Source: Vicinamibacterales bacterium (lineage in GTDB: Bacteria; Acidobacteriota; Vicinamibacteria; Vicinamibacterales; CAVVIG01). From it: a stretch of DNA of 64,000 bases. The notes below the pieces were generated by a model. It did no database searches, was not told the origin of the DNA, and was given only the letters and a program-made list of their open reading frames with translations. Both the position numbers and the translations under genes were made by a program. Where the stretch lies: NCBI GenBank assembly GCA_050249955.1, contig JBFWPN010000002.1, positions 392,442 to 456,441 of the forward strand, given 5' to 3'. Positions 1 to 14,833 of the stretch are shown here, piece after piece. The stretch's first letter is position 1; each line of letters begins with the position of its first letter.

Positions 1-1238
1 CGGCACTCGGCAGCCTTGCCCTCCAGGGCTACACCATCGGCGCCGAACCGGTGGTGCGGGCCGGGCTGGCCGCCACCCGGTTCGTCGTCCATGAAGAGGG
101 ACGGCCCCTGCACGTGGACGATCACGCGCACGACGAGCCGCACCATCACGCGGACCCCGATGCCCGCATCCACGAGCATTCCCATGCCCACGTGGACGCG
201 ACCGGCGCGGTGCACGTCCACACGCATGCGCACGCGCACGGCGACGGGCACGGGCATCGGACCCTGCGCGAGATCCTGGCGCTGATCGATGGCTCGGCCC
301 TGTCGCGCGCCGGCAAGGCGCGGGCGCAGGGCATGTTCGAGCGGCTTGCCGAGGTCGAAGCCCGCATGCACCGCATGCCGGTGGAGCAGGTGCACCTGCA
401 CGAGGTGGGCGCGCTCGACTCCATCATCGACATCGTGGGCGCGGTCTTCGCGATGGAGTGGGCGGGTGTCGACCGGGTGGTCTGCTCGCCACTGAATGTC
501 GGCGGCGGCATGGTGCGCGCGGCGCATGGCCTCTTTCCGGTGCCGGCTCCGGCCACGCTGGCCCTGCTGGGCGACGCGCCGGTGTACAGCGGACCCGTGC
601 AGAAGGAGCTGGTCACGCCGACCGGCGCCCTGATCGCCACCACGTACGCATCGGCGTTCGGCCCCGTGCCGGCCATGGCGATCGAGCGCGTCGGGTACGG
701 TGCCGGTGCGCGGGACAACCCCGGCACGCCGAACGTGCTGCGAATCCTGATTGGTCGTGCCACGGCGGTGGTGGCCGTCGATCGCGTGGTCGTCGTCGAG
801 TGCGAGATCGACGACATGAACCCCCAGCTCTTCGGTGCGGCGATGGAGCAGCTCTATGCCGCCGGGGCGCTCGAGGTGTTCTACGTCCCGGTCCAGATGA
901 AGAAGAACCGTCCGGGCACGCTGCTGACGGTGGTCGCGCGGCCCGACCTGCGGCCGGCCGTGGCCGAGATCATCTTCCGGGAGACCACCACCATCGGCCT
1001 GCGCTACTACGAAGTGGAGCGCGAGTGCCTCCGTCGTGAGATCATCACGGTGGACACTGCGCTCGGACCGGTACGCGTCAAGCTCGCGTACCGGGATGGA
1101 CGCGTGGTGAATGCGACGCCGGAGTATGAAGACTGCGCGGCGCTGGCCCGGACGCACCGGGTGCCGGTGAAGGAGGTGCAGGCGCAGGTGCTGCACGCCT
1201 ACGGATCGCGGCCACCCGCATCGAACCCAGCTTCCTGA
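1..1238 (+). CDS. larC: LarC-type nickel insertion protein (DUF111/UPF0272); N-terminus lies outside the window
   Basis: The frame is open from base 3 (ALGSLALQGYTIGAEPVVRAG...), so the gene starts upstream of the window. His-rich metal tract HVDDHAHDEPHHHADPDARIHEHSHAHV...HVHTHAHAHGDGHGH. Family motif HLHEVGALDSIIDIVGAVFAMEW. Third codon positions are nearly all G/C. Confidence 0.85.
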   Translation, partial: ALGSLALQGYTIGAEPVVRAGLAATRFVVHEEGRPLHVDDHAHDEPHHHADPDARIHEHSHAHVDATGAVHVHTHAHAHGDGHGHRTLREILALIDGSALSRAGKARAQGMFERLAEVEARMHRMPVEQVHLHEVGALDSIIDIVGAVFAMEWAGVDRVVCSPLNVGGGMVRAAHGLFPVPAPATLALLGDAPVYSGPVQKELVTPTGALIATTYASAFGPVPAMAIERVGYGAGARDNPGTPNVLRILIGRATAVVAVDRVVVVECEIDDMNPQLFGAAMEQLYAAGALEVFYVPVQMKKNRPGTLLTVVARPDLRPAVAEIIFRETTTIGLRYYEVERECLRREIITVDTALGPVRVKLAYRDGRVVNATPEYEDCAALARTHRVPVKEVQAQVLHAYGSRPPASNPAS

Positions 1239-1247
1239 CGAGGCCCC

Positions 1248-3260
1248 GTGAGCCGCTTCTACATCACCACGCCGATCTACTACATCAACGCCGAGCCCCA
1301 CCTCGGCCACGCGTACACGACCATGGTCGCCGACGCGGTCGCCCGCGCCCACCGGTTGATGGGCGACGACGTGCTGTTCCTCACCGGGACCGACGAGCAC
1401 GGGCAGAAGGTCGAGCGCGCCGCCCAGAAGGCCGGTGTCGACCCGCGTGCCTTCGCCGACCAGGTGTCGCAGAAGTTCCGCGACCTGCTGCCGCTGATCG
1501 GGGCCTCGAACGACGACTTCATCCGCACCACCGAGCCGCGGCACCATGCGTCGGTGCAGGCGCTCTGGCGGCGGGTGCGCGACAACGGCTTCATCTACAA
1601 GGGGAAGTACGAGGGCTGGTACTGCACGGTCGACGAAGTGTTCGTCCCCGAGACGCAGCTCGTCGAGGGGCGCTGCAACATCTGCGGGAACACCGTCGAG
1701 AAGCTCGAGGAAGAGAGCTACTTCTTCAGGCTCTCGGCCTTCCAGCAGCCGCTCCTCGATCACTACCGCCAGCATCCCGAATTCGTGACCCCCTCGATCC
1801 GCCGCAACGAGATGCTGGCCTTCCTCGAGGCCGGCCTCGAGGACCTGAGCGTCAGCCGCACTTCGTTCCGGTGGGGCATCCCGGTGCCAGACGACCCGGC
1901 TCACGTGATGTATGTCTGGTTCGACGCCCTCACGAACTACATCACCGCCGCCGGCTATGGCGACCCTGCTCCGGGCAGCCAGGCCAGGTTCGACACCTAC
2001 TGGCCGGTGGACGTGCACCTGATCGGGAAGGAGATCGTGCGCCAGCACGCGGTCTACTGGCCCGCCTTCCTGCTCGCCGCCGGGCTGCCGCTGCCGCGCC
2101 AGGTGGTCAGCCACGGATGGTGGCTGATGGAAGGGGCGAAGATGTCGAAGTCGAAGGGCAACGTCGTGCGGCCCGCCGACTACATCGCGCGCTTCGGCCT
2201 GGATGGCTTCCGCTACTTCGTGTTCCGCGAGATGGTGTTCGGCCAGGATGCCAGCTTCACCGACGAGGCGATCCTCACGCGCTACAACGCCGACCTCGCG
2301 AACGACCTCGGCAACCTGGCGAGCCGGGTCACCACGCTCATCCACCGGACCTGCGGCGGGCGCGTGCCCACGCCGGACCCGGCGCTTCTCGCCAGGGACG
2401 ACGAGCAGGCGCTGCGCACGGCGGCAGACGCGCTCGTCGGCCAGGTCCGCACGGCCGTCGGCACGTTCCAGCTGAGCACCGCACTTCGCGAGGTGTGGGA
2501 CCTGGTCGGGGCCACCAATCGCTACATCGTCGCGCGCGAGCCGTGGAAGCTGGCGAAGGACCCGGCGCGCGCCGCCGAACTGGCCACGTCGCTCTTCGTG
2601 CCGGCCGACGCGCTTCGCGTGATCGCCGAGCTGCTCCGGCCGTTCCTGCCGGCGACCGCCGAGCGGATGCTGGCCATGCTCGGGTGCGCCGTCGAGCCGG
2701 CGTCCTGGCAGGCACTGAAGGCGGGGGAGCTCGTCCCGGGCACGGCGCTCGGCGAGACCGTCCCCCTGTTCCCGCGAATCGAACTGACTGTGGAGGCACT
2801 GCGAGAGATGTCGAACGAGACCCCAGGTACACCGGCCGAGCCGGTGGCGGCACCCCAGGCACCGGCGCCCGAAGCCGCTGCGCCCGCACCCCAGACGCCC
2901 GTCGCCGCGGCGCCGGCCGAGGCGCCAGCGACCGAGCCGATCTCGTACGAGGACTTCATGAAGGTCGACCTGCGGGTGGCCAGGGTTCTCGAGGCCGAGC
3001 GCGTGCCGAAGTCGAAGAAGCTGATGAAGCTGCTGGTCGACACCGGGTTCGACAAGCGGACGATCGTCGCTGGCATTGCCGAGGCGTACGAGCCGGAGGC
3101 GCTCGTCAATCGCACGATTGCCATTGTCTTCAACCTGAAGCCCGCGAAGCTGATGGGCATCGAGTCGAATGGCATGGTCCTCGCGGGCAGCGCCGAAGGT
3201 GGCAAGCCGTTCCTGGTCGGGTTCGAGACCGACCTGCCTCCCGGGTCGCGCGTCCGCTAG
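1248..3260 (+). CDS. metG: Methionine--tRNA ligase with C-terminal EMAP-type tRNA-binding domain
   Basis: GTG start. Class I HIGH motif (PHLGHAYTT) and KMSKS motif (AKMSKSKGN). An Ala/Pro-rich linker is followed by a tRNA-binding domain (ISYEDFMKVDLRVARVLEAERVPKSKKLMKL...). Confidence 0.97.
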   Translation: MSRFYITTPIYYINAEPHLGHAYTTMVADAVARAHRLMGDDVLFLTGTDEHGQKVERAAQKAGVDPRAFADQVSQKFRDLLPLIGASNDDFIRTTEPRHHASVQALWRRVRDNGFIYKGKYEGWYCTVDEVFVPETQLVEGRCNICGNTVEKLEEESYFFRLSAFQQPLLDHYRQHPEFVTPSIRRNEMLAFLEAGLEDLSVSRTSFRWGIPVPDDPAHVMYVWFDALTNYITAAGYGDPAPGSQARFDTYWPVDVHLIGKEIVRQHAVYWPAFLLAAGLPLPRQVVSHGWWLMEGAKMSKSKGNVVRPADYIARFGLDGFRYFVFREMVFGQDASFTDEAILTRYNADLANDLGNLASRVTTLIHRTCGGRVPTPDPALLARDDEQALRTAADALVGQVRTAVGTFQLSTALREVWDLVGATNRYIVAREPWKLAKDPARAAELATSLFVPADALRVIAELLRPFLPATAERMLAMLGCAVEPASWQALKAGELVPGTALGETVPLFPRIELTVEALREMSNETPGTPAEPVAAPQAPAPEAAAPAPQTPVAAAPAEAPATEPISYEDFMKVDLRVARVLEAERVPKSKKLMKLLVDTGFDKRTIVAGIAEAYEPEALVNRTIAIVFNLKPAKLMGIESNGMVLAGSAEGGKPFLVGFETDLPPGSRVR

Positions 3261-3269
3261 CGCGTGCTG

Positions 3270-3293
3270 GCCGGCACGGGACACCGTGCCGGC
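3270..3293 (+). terminator. Perfect 10-bp GC hairpin 10 nt after the metG stop; possible terminator without a T-tract
   Basis: gccggcacgg-gaca-ccgtgccggc. No U-run follows, so intrinsic termination is uncertain. Confidence 0.4.
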
Positions 3294-3455
3294 GCACCAG
3301 CACGGCGTCCGTACTGTTGAAGGCAGGCCCAGTCGTCGATACGCGGAAATGATAAGCTCGACTGGACGCTGGAGCCGCTGCCGTGCCGGGTCATCCTCCC
3401 TGTACCCCGGACCGGCGGGGCCGGCCTGACACCCCCCAATGAACCGCCACCGCCG

Positions 3456-4235
3456 ATGATCGATTCCCACTGCCACCTGGCCGACGATGTGTTCGCTTCC
3501 GACCTGCCCGACGTGCTCACGCGCACGAAGGAGGCGGGATTCGAGCGGGTCATGGTGATCCTGGAAGCCGGAAACGCCAAGGAAGAAGCCCAGGCCAAGA
3601 AGGCCTACACGCTGTGGAACGAGATCCGCGTGGCCATCGGCGTCCATCCGCATCACGCCCAGCAGTTCAACGGCAATGCGCTCGGCGCCGTCGAGAAGGT
3701 GCGCGAGCAGATCAAGCGTACGCCCTACACGAGGGCCGTCGGCGAGATCGGGCTCGACTACCACTACGACTACTCTCCGCGTCCGACGCAGCAGGCCGTG
3801 TTCCGGGCGCAGCTCAGGCTGGCCCGGGAACTCAAGCTCCCCGTGGTGATCCACACACGCGAGGCCGACTCGGACACCATCGATGCGCTGAAGAGTGCGG
3901 GTGGTGGGGAAGTGCGGGGCGTGCTCCACTGCTTCACGGGGACGCGGGAACTGGCGAGCGCTGCGCTGGACCTCGGTTTCTACATCTCGCTGGCTGGCGT
4001 GCTGACATTCCCCAACGCCCAGGACCTCCGCAACATCGCGCGGCAGATCCCCATGGACCGGCTGCTGCTCGAGACCGACAGCCCGTTCCTGACGCCGGCG
4101 CCACATCGTGGCGCCCGCAACGAACCGGCCCGCATGCTGCACACGGCCGAGACGCTGGCCGCCCTGAAGGGTGTGTCCGTGGCTGAGCTCGGGACGGTGA
4201 CGACAGCGAACTTCCACGCGCTGTTCCGCCCGTGA
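3456..4235 (+). CDS. tatD: TatD-family metal-dependent hydrolase/DNase
   Basis: N-terminal MIDSHCHL metal motif. GVHPHH, EIGLDYHY, VIHTREA and LLLETDSPFL are typical of TatD/YchF TIM-barrel hydrolases. Confidence 0.9.
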   Translation: MIDSHCHLADDVFASDLPDVLTRTKEAGFERVMVILEAGNAKEEAQAKKAYTLWNEIRVAIGVHPHHAQQFNGNALGAVEKVREQIKRTPYTRAVGEIGLDYHYDYSPRPTQQAVFRAQLRLARELKLPVVIHTREADSDTIDALKSAGGGEVRGVLHCFTGTRELASAALDLGFYISLAGVLTFPNAQDLRNIARQIPMDRLLLETDSPFLTPAPHRGARNEPARMLHTAETLAALKGVSVAELGTVTTANFHALFRP

Positions 4236-4256
4236 TAAAGTCCTAAACTGAGCCAC

Positions 4257-5243
4257 GTGGAAAAAACTCCGGCCCTTTCGCAGATTTTCGAGCCGATTCG
4301 CGCCGATCTGGAACTGGTCGATCGCGAGTTCGGCCGCCAGGTCGAATCGCAGGTCGCGATCATCCCGACGATGGGCCGCTATATCCAGCAGGGTGGCGGC
4401 AAGCGGGTGCGTCCGGCGGTGTTGCTGATGGCCGCGCGCCTGCTCGGGTACCAGGGCGATCGCGCCATCCTCTTCGCAGCGGCGGTGGAGTTCATCCACT
4501 CGGCCACGCTCGTGCACGACGACATCATCGACGAGTCCGACACCCGTCGCGGCCGTCCTGCGGTGCACGCGCGGTGGGGCAACGACGTCACGGTCCTGCT
4601 CGGCGACTATCTGTACATCAAGTCGATGGCGCTGGCGCTCACCCACGACACGCTCGAGATCGTCCGCGTGCTGTGCGACGCCACGCTGAAGATGATCGAG
4701 GGCGAGATTTACCAACTCACCAAGAACGGCGACGCGGCGATCACCGAGGACGAGCACTTCGACATCATCCGGCGGAAGACCGCGTACCTGTTCGGCGCGT
4801 CGTCGCAGATCGGCGGCATGCTGGGCAGCGTCGACAAGGAACGCGAGCTTGCCCTCCAGCAGTACGGCTTCAACCTCGGGATCGCGTTCCAGCTGGTCGA
4901 CGACCTGCTCGACTACACGGGCGACCTCGAGGCGCTCGGCAAGCCGGTGGGTGCCGACCTGGTCGAAGGCAAGATGACGCTGCCGCTGATTCACCTGCTG
5001 CAGCAGCCCGGCCATCGCGGCGGCGAGATCGTCCGCGAGATCATCGCCAACCGGGTGGCCACGCGCGAGCAGTGGCAGGAGCTCCTCGCCCTGCTGAAGG
5101 AGCACCGCTGCATCGAGTACGCGAACCGGCGAGCCGTCGAGTTCGCCGAGCGCGCGAAGCGGCAGCTGTCCGCCTTCCCCCCAAGCTCGGAGCGCGACGC
5201 GTTGCTCGCGCTGCCCGATTACGTCCTCTCAAGGGATCGCTAG
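4257..5243 (+). CDS. ispB: Long-chain trans-polyprenyl diphosphate synthase (octaprenyl/solanesyl type)
   Basis: First Asp-rich motif LVHDDIIDESDTRRGRP and second motif QLVDDLLDY, plus the GKRVRP motif. 328 aa. Confidence 0.85.
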   Translation: MEKTPALSQIFEPIRADLELVDREFGRQVESQVAIIPTMGRYIQQGGGKRVRPAVLLMAARLLGYQGDRAILFAAAVEFIHSATLVHDDIIDESDTRRGRPAVHARWGNDVTVLLGDYLYIKSMALALTHDTLEIVRVLCDATLKMIEGEIYQLTKNGDAAITEDEHFDIIRRKTAYLFGASSQIGGMLGSVDKERELALQQYGFNLGIAFQLVDDLLDYTGDLEALGKPVGADLVEGKMTLPLIHLLQQPGHRGGEIVREIIANRVATREQWQELLALLKEHRCIEYANRRAVEFAERAKRQLSAFPPSSERDALLALPDYVLSRDR

Positions 5244-5315
5244 CCCGGACGTCCGGTCCCGCCCCACGATGGTGCGTACACCACCTCGTGACCCGCGCGC
5301 GTTCGTGGTGGCTGA

Positions 5316-7408
<2,093 letters not shown>

Positions 7409-7409
<1 letters not shown>

Positions 7410-8920
7410 TGTCGCGACGGTTCACGATCGTCACGCTGGCGCTCACGGCGGTGGTTGCGTTCCTGGTGGGCGCGATCGTCGCGGGTGGCTTCATGCGGCC
7501 GTCCGTCGTCGCGCAGGCCCCCCGGAACCAGGCCCGCCTCACCGCCGACCGCGCTGCGGGTGCGGGGACCCGCGGACCGCTCCCTCCCCTGGTCAACTTC
7601 GCCGACGTGGTCGAGCGCATCAACCCCGCGGTGGTCAACATCGACGCCACCAGTTCGGGGGCGGTGGCCGAGGCGCGCCGCCGCCGGTCGGGGTTGCTGC
7701 CCGATTCACCCGAGATGTTCGAGGCCCCGAGGCGCGAGGCGCCGCGCCGCGGTGCCGGCAGCGGCTTCATCATCGATGCCGATGGCAGCATCCTGACGAA
7801 CAACCACGTGATCGACGGAGCCGAGCGGATCCTGGTCAAGCTGTCCGACGGCCGATCGCTCCGCGCACGGGTGATTGGCGCCGACCCCGATACCGACATC
7901 GCCCTGCTCAAGGTCGACGGCCAGAACGGCCTCCCCGTGGCGCCGCTCGGCGATTCCACCAGCCTCCGCATGGGCGAGTGGGTCTGCGCCATCGGGAACC
8001 CGCTGGGCTACGAGCACAGCGTGACGGTGGGCGTGGTGAGCTACCTCGGGCGCAAGCTGTTCGACACGAGCCTCGACGACTACATCCAGACCGATGCCGC
8101 GATCAACTTCGGGAACAGCGGTGGCCCGCTGATCAACGCGCGCGGCGAGGTCATCGGCATCAACGCCGCCATCAGCTCGCGCGCGAGCAACATCGGCTTC
8201 GCGGTGCCCATCAACGGCGCGAAGGCGATCCTGCCGCAGCTGAAGACGCGCGGCCGCGTGTCGCGCGGCTACGTCGGGATCACGCTGCGCGACCTCGACC
8301 CGGACCTGCAGCGGTCGCTGAACATCCCGGTGTCGCGCGGTGCCGTCATCCAGGACGTGACGGATGGCTCGCCGGGCGCACGCGCGGGCCTTCGGCCGTA
8401 CGACGTGGTTGTCTCGTTCGAAGGCGTGCCCGTGGCGACCGATGACGAGCTGATCCACGAGATCTCGTCGCGTGCGCCTGGCTCCACGGCCGACATGCGG
8501 GTCGTGCGTGACGCCCGCGAGTTCACGGCCACCGTGAAGCTCACCGAACGGCCCGCGCGCGAGGGCGGCGCACGCCGACGTGAGGCCGAGCCGCGGAGCA
8601 CCTCGCCGCCGCCGGGCCCGGAAGGGCTGCTCGGCCTGACGGTCCGCGACCTGGATGCAGCGGCGTTCAATCGGCTGCGGCTGCCGGCGGCCACCCGGGG
8701 CGTGCTGATTGCGCGGGTGGACCCTGTGGGCCCGGCCTCGGACGCCGAGGTACAGCGCGGAACGGTCCTGATGGAGATCAACCGGAAGCCGATCCTCTCG
8801 CTGGCCGACTACACGCGCGTCGCCGCGGCGATCCAGCCCGGTGACGTGATCACCCTGTACGTCTATGCCCCGGACGTGGCCCAGCGACAGCTCAAGACCG
8901 TCCGTATCGACGACCGCTAA
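7409..8920 (+). CDS. htrA: HtrA/DegP-family periplasmic serine protease with two PDZ domains
   Basis: N-terminal membrane anchor. Catalytic motifs TNNHVI, DIALLK and GNSGGPL, followed by two PDZ-like segments. The start codon overlaps the ligA stop by 1 nt (tgATG). Confidence 0.93.
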
Positions 8921-8932
8921 CCCAACCCCCTC

Positions 8933-10336
<1,404 letters not shown>

Positions 10337-10418
10337 GGGCGTTCCGACGTGGAACTCAGCTCAGAGGTTCGCACGGCCGACCGGTGCGGTGTGGTCCGGG
10401 AGTACAATCAAACGGTCG

Positions 10419-10930
10419 CAGTCAGCCAGACGATCGCCGTTCGGCTCGGCCCTTGGGGCCTTGCTCACGGCAGGCCGGCTGGAGTGGGCCAAGTGCGGGC
10501 ATCGCATCGGTCCATCCAGCGGGCCTGCCCTGAGCGAGGCTCGAAGAGCCGGGTCGAAGGGAGGAAAGTCCGAACTCCGCAGGGCAGTGCGCCGGGTAAC
10601 GCCCGGTCGGGGTGACCCGAAGGAAAGTGGCACAGAAAAAATACCGCCCCGAGCGTCGCGCGCAGGCGCGGCGTCGAGGGGTAAGGGTGAAAAGGTGCGG
10701 TAAGAGCGCACCGCGCCCGTGGTAACACGGGTGGCAGGCAAAACCCCGCACGGAGCAAGACCAAATAGGGGAGCACCCGGCGCAAGCCGGACCGGACGGC
10801 CCGTCCGGCGCTTCCGGGTAGGTTGCTTGATTCCACCAGTGATGGTGGAACTAGAGGAATGATCGTCACCCCGAGCGAGGTGCGTAAGCACCGAGTCGAG
10901 GGGGACAGAATTCGGCTTACCGGCTGACTG
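10419..10930 (+). ncRNA. rnpB: RNase P RNA, bacterial type A
   Basis: Universal P4 5' strand GAGGAAAGTCCGAACTCC (10561-10578), ACAGAAAAAATACCGCC, GGTAAGGGTGAAAAGGTGCGGTAAGAGCGCACC, and P4 3' strand ACAGAATTCGGCTTAC (10905-10920). P1 pairs cagtcagccag (10419-) with ccggctgactg (-10930). End positions are +/- a few nt. Confidence 0.93.
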
Positions 10931-10946
10931 TGACTCTTCCATTTCC

Positions 10947-12110
10947 ATGAAACGACTCCTTTCCGTCGCCGCCACATTCGGCATCCTGTCACTCGCTCTC
11001 GTCACGGCGCAGCAGCCGTCCACGCCAGGCCAGGTGGTGCGGCGGCCGGCCGAAGGCCGTGAACCGGAACTGCAGCAGCCCCGGATCCGCGAGTACCATC
11101 CGCGCTCCACGCTGGTGGTGCCCGAGCACAAGGTGCCGAAGGCGAAGTTCCCGGTGATCGACTTCCACCACCACCCGCCGCGATCGATGTCCGTCGAGGA
11201 CGTCAACCGCGTGGGCGACGAGATGGCGCCGCTCAACCTGGGCCTGATGATCAACGCCAACGCCACGCCGAGCAGCGGCCTCAAGCCGGCACTCGATGCC
11301 ATTGCCGCGAGCCGCTACAAGGGCAGGATGGTGATGTTCGTCGGGCTCGACCTCAGGAACGTGGGGCCGGGGTCAGGCCAGAAGATCGCCGCACAGCTCG
11401 AGGCGGACGTGAAGGCGGGCGCTCTCGGCGTCGGCGAACTCATGAAGAGCTTCGGCCTGACCATCAAGAAGGCCGACGGTTCGCGTCTGAAGATCGACGA
11501 TCCTGAACTGGACCCCGTGTGGCAGACGGCCGCGCGCCTGAAGATCCCCATCTTCATGCACACCGCCGACCCCTCCGAGTTCTTCCAGCCGCTCGACTAC
11601 CGCAACGAGCGGTGGCTCGAGCTGGCCCTCTATCCGGACCGCCGCTACCAGGACCGCTCGCGCTTCCCGAGCTTCGAGGAGCTGATGGCGGAGCGGGACC
11701 GGCTCATCGCTCGCCACCCGAACGTCACCTGGGTGCTCGCCCACATGGGCTGGCACGCCAACGACCTGGCCCGGCTCGGCAGGATGTTCGACAGGCATCC
11801 GAACCTCTACGGCGAACTCGGGGCCGTGCTCTACGACTTCGGCCGGCAACCCAGGACTGCGCACGATTTCTTCGTGAAGTACCAGGATCGCATCCTGTTC
11901 GGTAAAGACAGCTTCCAGCCTGACGAATACCCCTACTACTGGCGCGTGTTCGAGACCAACGACGAGTACTTCGACTATTACCGGGACTACCACGCGTTCT
12001 GGAAGCTCTATGGCATCGGGTTGCCCGATGCCGTGCTGAAGAAGGTCTATTACGCCAACGCCCTGCGGATTACCCCGAACCTGCCCAGGGCCGGCTTCCC
12101 GGCCAACTAA
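10947..12110 (+). CDS. Secreted amidohydrolase-superfamily (TIM-barrel metal hydrolase) protein
   Basis: Signal peptide MKRLLSVAATFGILSLALVTAQQ. Metal motif PVIDFHHH, later FMHTADP and LAHMGWH. Substrate unknown. Confidence 0.75.
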   Translation: MKRLLSVAATFGILSLALVTAQQPSTPGQVVRRPAEGREPELQQPRIREYHPRSTLVVPEHKVPKAKFPVIDFHHHPPRSMSVEDVNRVGDEMAPLNLGLMINANATPSSGLKPALDAIAASRYKGRMVMFVGLDLRNVGPGSGQKIAAQLEADVKAGALGVGELMKSFGLTIKKADGSRLKIDDPELDPVWQTAARLKIPIFMHTADPSEFFQPLDYRNERWLELALYPDRRYQDRSRFPSFEELMAERDRLIARHPNVTWVLAHMGWHANDLARLGRMFDRHPNLYGELGAVLYDFGRQPRTAHDFFVKYQDRILFGKDSFQPDEYPYYWRVFETNDEYFDYYRDYHAFWKLYGIGLPDAVLKKVYYANALRITPNLPRAGFPAN

Positions 12111-12143
12111 CGGACGGGTTCAGGAATTGCAGTTGCCTCGCGC

Positions 12144-13112
12144 ATGAGTCATTACCTCGTCACCGGCGGCGCCGGGTTCATCGGCTCCCATCTCGCGACC
12201 GAACTGGTGCGTCGCGGTCACCGTGTCCGTGTGCTCGACAACCTGAGCACCGGACACCGGCACAATCTCGCGCACCTGCCCGACGTCGAGTTCCTCGAAG
12301 GGGACCTTGCCGACCTCGATGCCTGCGTCCAGGCGGTTCGCGGCATCGACTACGTGCTGCACCAGGCGGCGATCCCGTCGGTGCCGCGGTCGGTGGCCGA
12401 CCCGATCACCTCGAACCGGTCCAATGTCGACGGTTCGCTGAACATCCTCGTGGCGGCCCGCGATGCCCGCGTGCGCAGGCTCGTCTATGCGGCCTCCTCG
12501 TCGGCCTACGGCGACACGCCCACGCTGCCCAAGACCGAGGCGATGCCGACCAATCCGCTGTCGCCCTACGCGCTGCAGAAGCTGGTCGTCGAGCAGTACT
12601 GCCAGATGTTCACGGCGCTCTACGGCCTCGAAACGGTCAGCATCCGCTACTTCAACGTGTTCGGCCCCAGGCAGGATCCCGGCTCGCCCTACTCGGGCGT
12701 CATCTCGCTCTTCTCGACGGCGCTGCTCGAAGGGCGGCAGCCGATCGTCTACGGCGACGGCGAGCAGACCCGCGACTTCACCTACGTCGCCAACGTGGTC
12801 GACGGTGTGCTGCGTGCGTGCGAGGCCACGCATGCATCGGGCCAGGTGATCAACGTCGCCACCGGCAGCCGCATCTCGCTCAACGACCTGCTGCGGACGA
12901 TGAACGGGATCCTCGGCACGTCCATCCAGGCGGTCTACAGGGACGCCCGCCTCGGTGACGTGCGCGATTCACAGGCCGACATCACCAAGGCCGCCGACCT
13001 GCTCGGGTACCACCCGCTGGTCAACCTCGAAGAGGGCCTGCGCCATACGCTCGACTGGTGTCGCGCGGGGCGCCCCGACCTCACCGATCGGACGTCGGCC
13101 GTCGGCACCTGA
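12144..13112 (+). CDS. NAD-dependent nucleotide-sugar epimerase/dehydratase (extended SDR, GalE/WbpP-like)
   Basis: Rossmann motif VTGGAGFIGSHL. Catalytic SSSAYG...YALQK (YxxxK). Confidence 0.88.
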   Translation: MSHYLVTGGAGFIGSHLATELVRRGHRVRVLDNLSTGHRHNLAHLPDVEFLEGDLADLDACVQAVRGIDYVLHQAAIPSVPRSVADPITSNRSNVDGSLNILVAARDARVRRLVYAASSSAYGDTPTLPKTEAMPTNPLSPYALQKLVVEQYCQMFTALYGLETVSIRYFNVFGPRQDPGSPYSGVISLFSTALLEGRQPIVYGDGEQTRDFTYVANVVDGVLRACEATHASGQVINVATGSRISLNDLLRTMNGILGTSIQAVYRDARLGDVRDSQADITKAADLLGYHPLVNLEEGLRHTLDWCRAGRPDLTDRTSAVGT

Positions 13113-13158
13113 TCGCGGGGTCCTCCACGGGGCCCGCCAAAACGGGTACGATGGCAGC

Positions 13159-14814
<1,656 letters not shown>

Positions 14815-14833
14815 GCGACCCGTCCCGGCGCGA

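Noticed and set aside
10361-11302. ORFs of 88-313 aa on both strands that cover the RNase P RNA region.
   Set aside because: The region is explained by rnpB, which has all the universal conserved elements. The ORF translations are featureless.
12955-13158. A long N-terminal extension of the prfC ORF (the 619-aa version).
   Set aside because: The extension overlaps the 3' end of the epimerase gene in another frame and is Arg/Pro/Thr-rich. Homology to RF3 begins only just before the G1 motif, so the GTG at 13159 is preferred.
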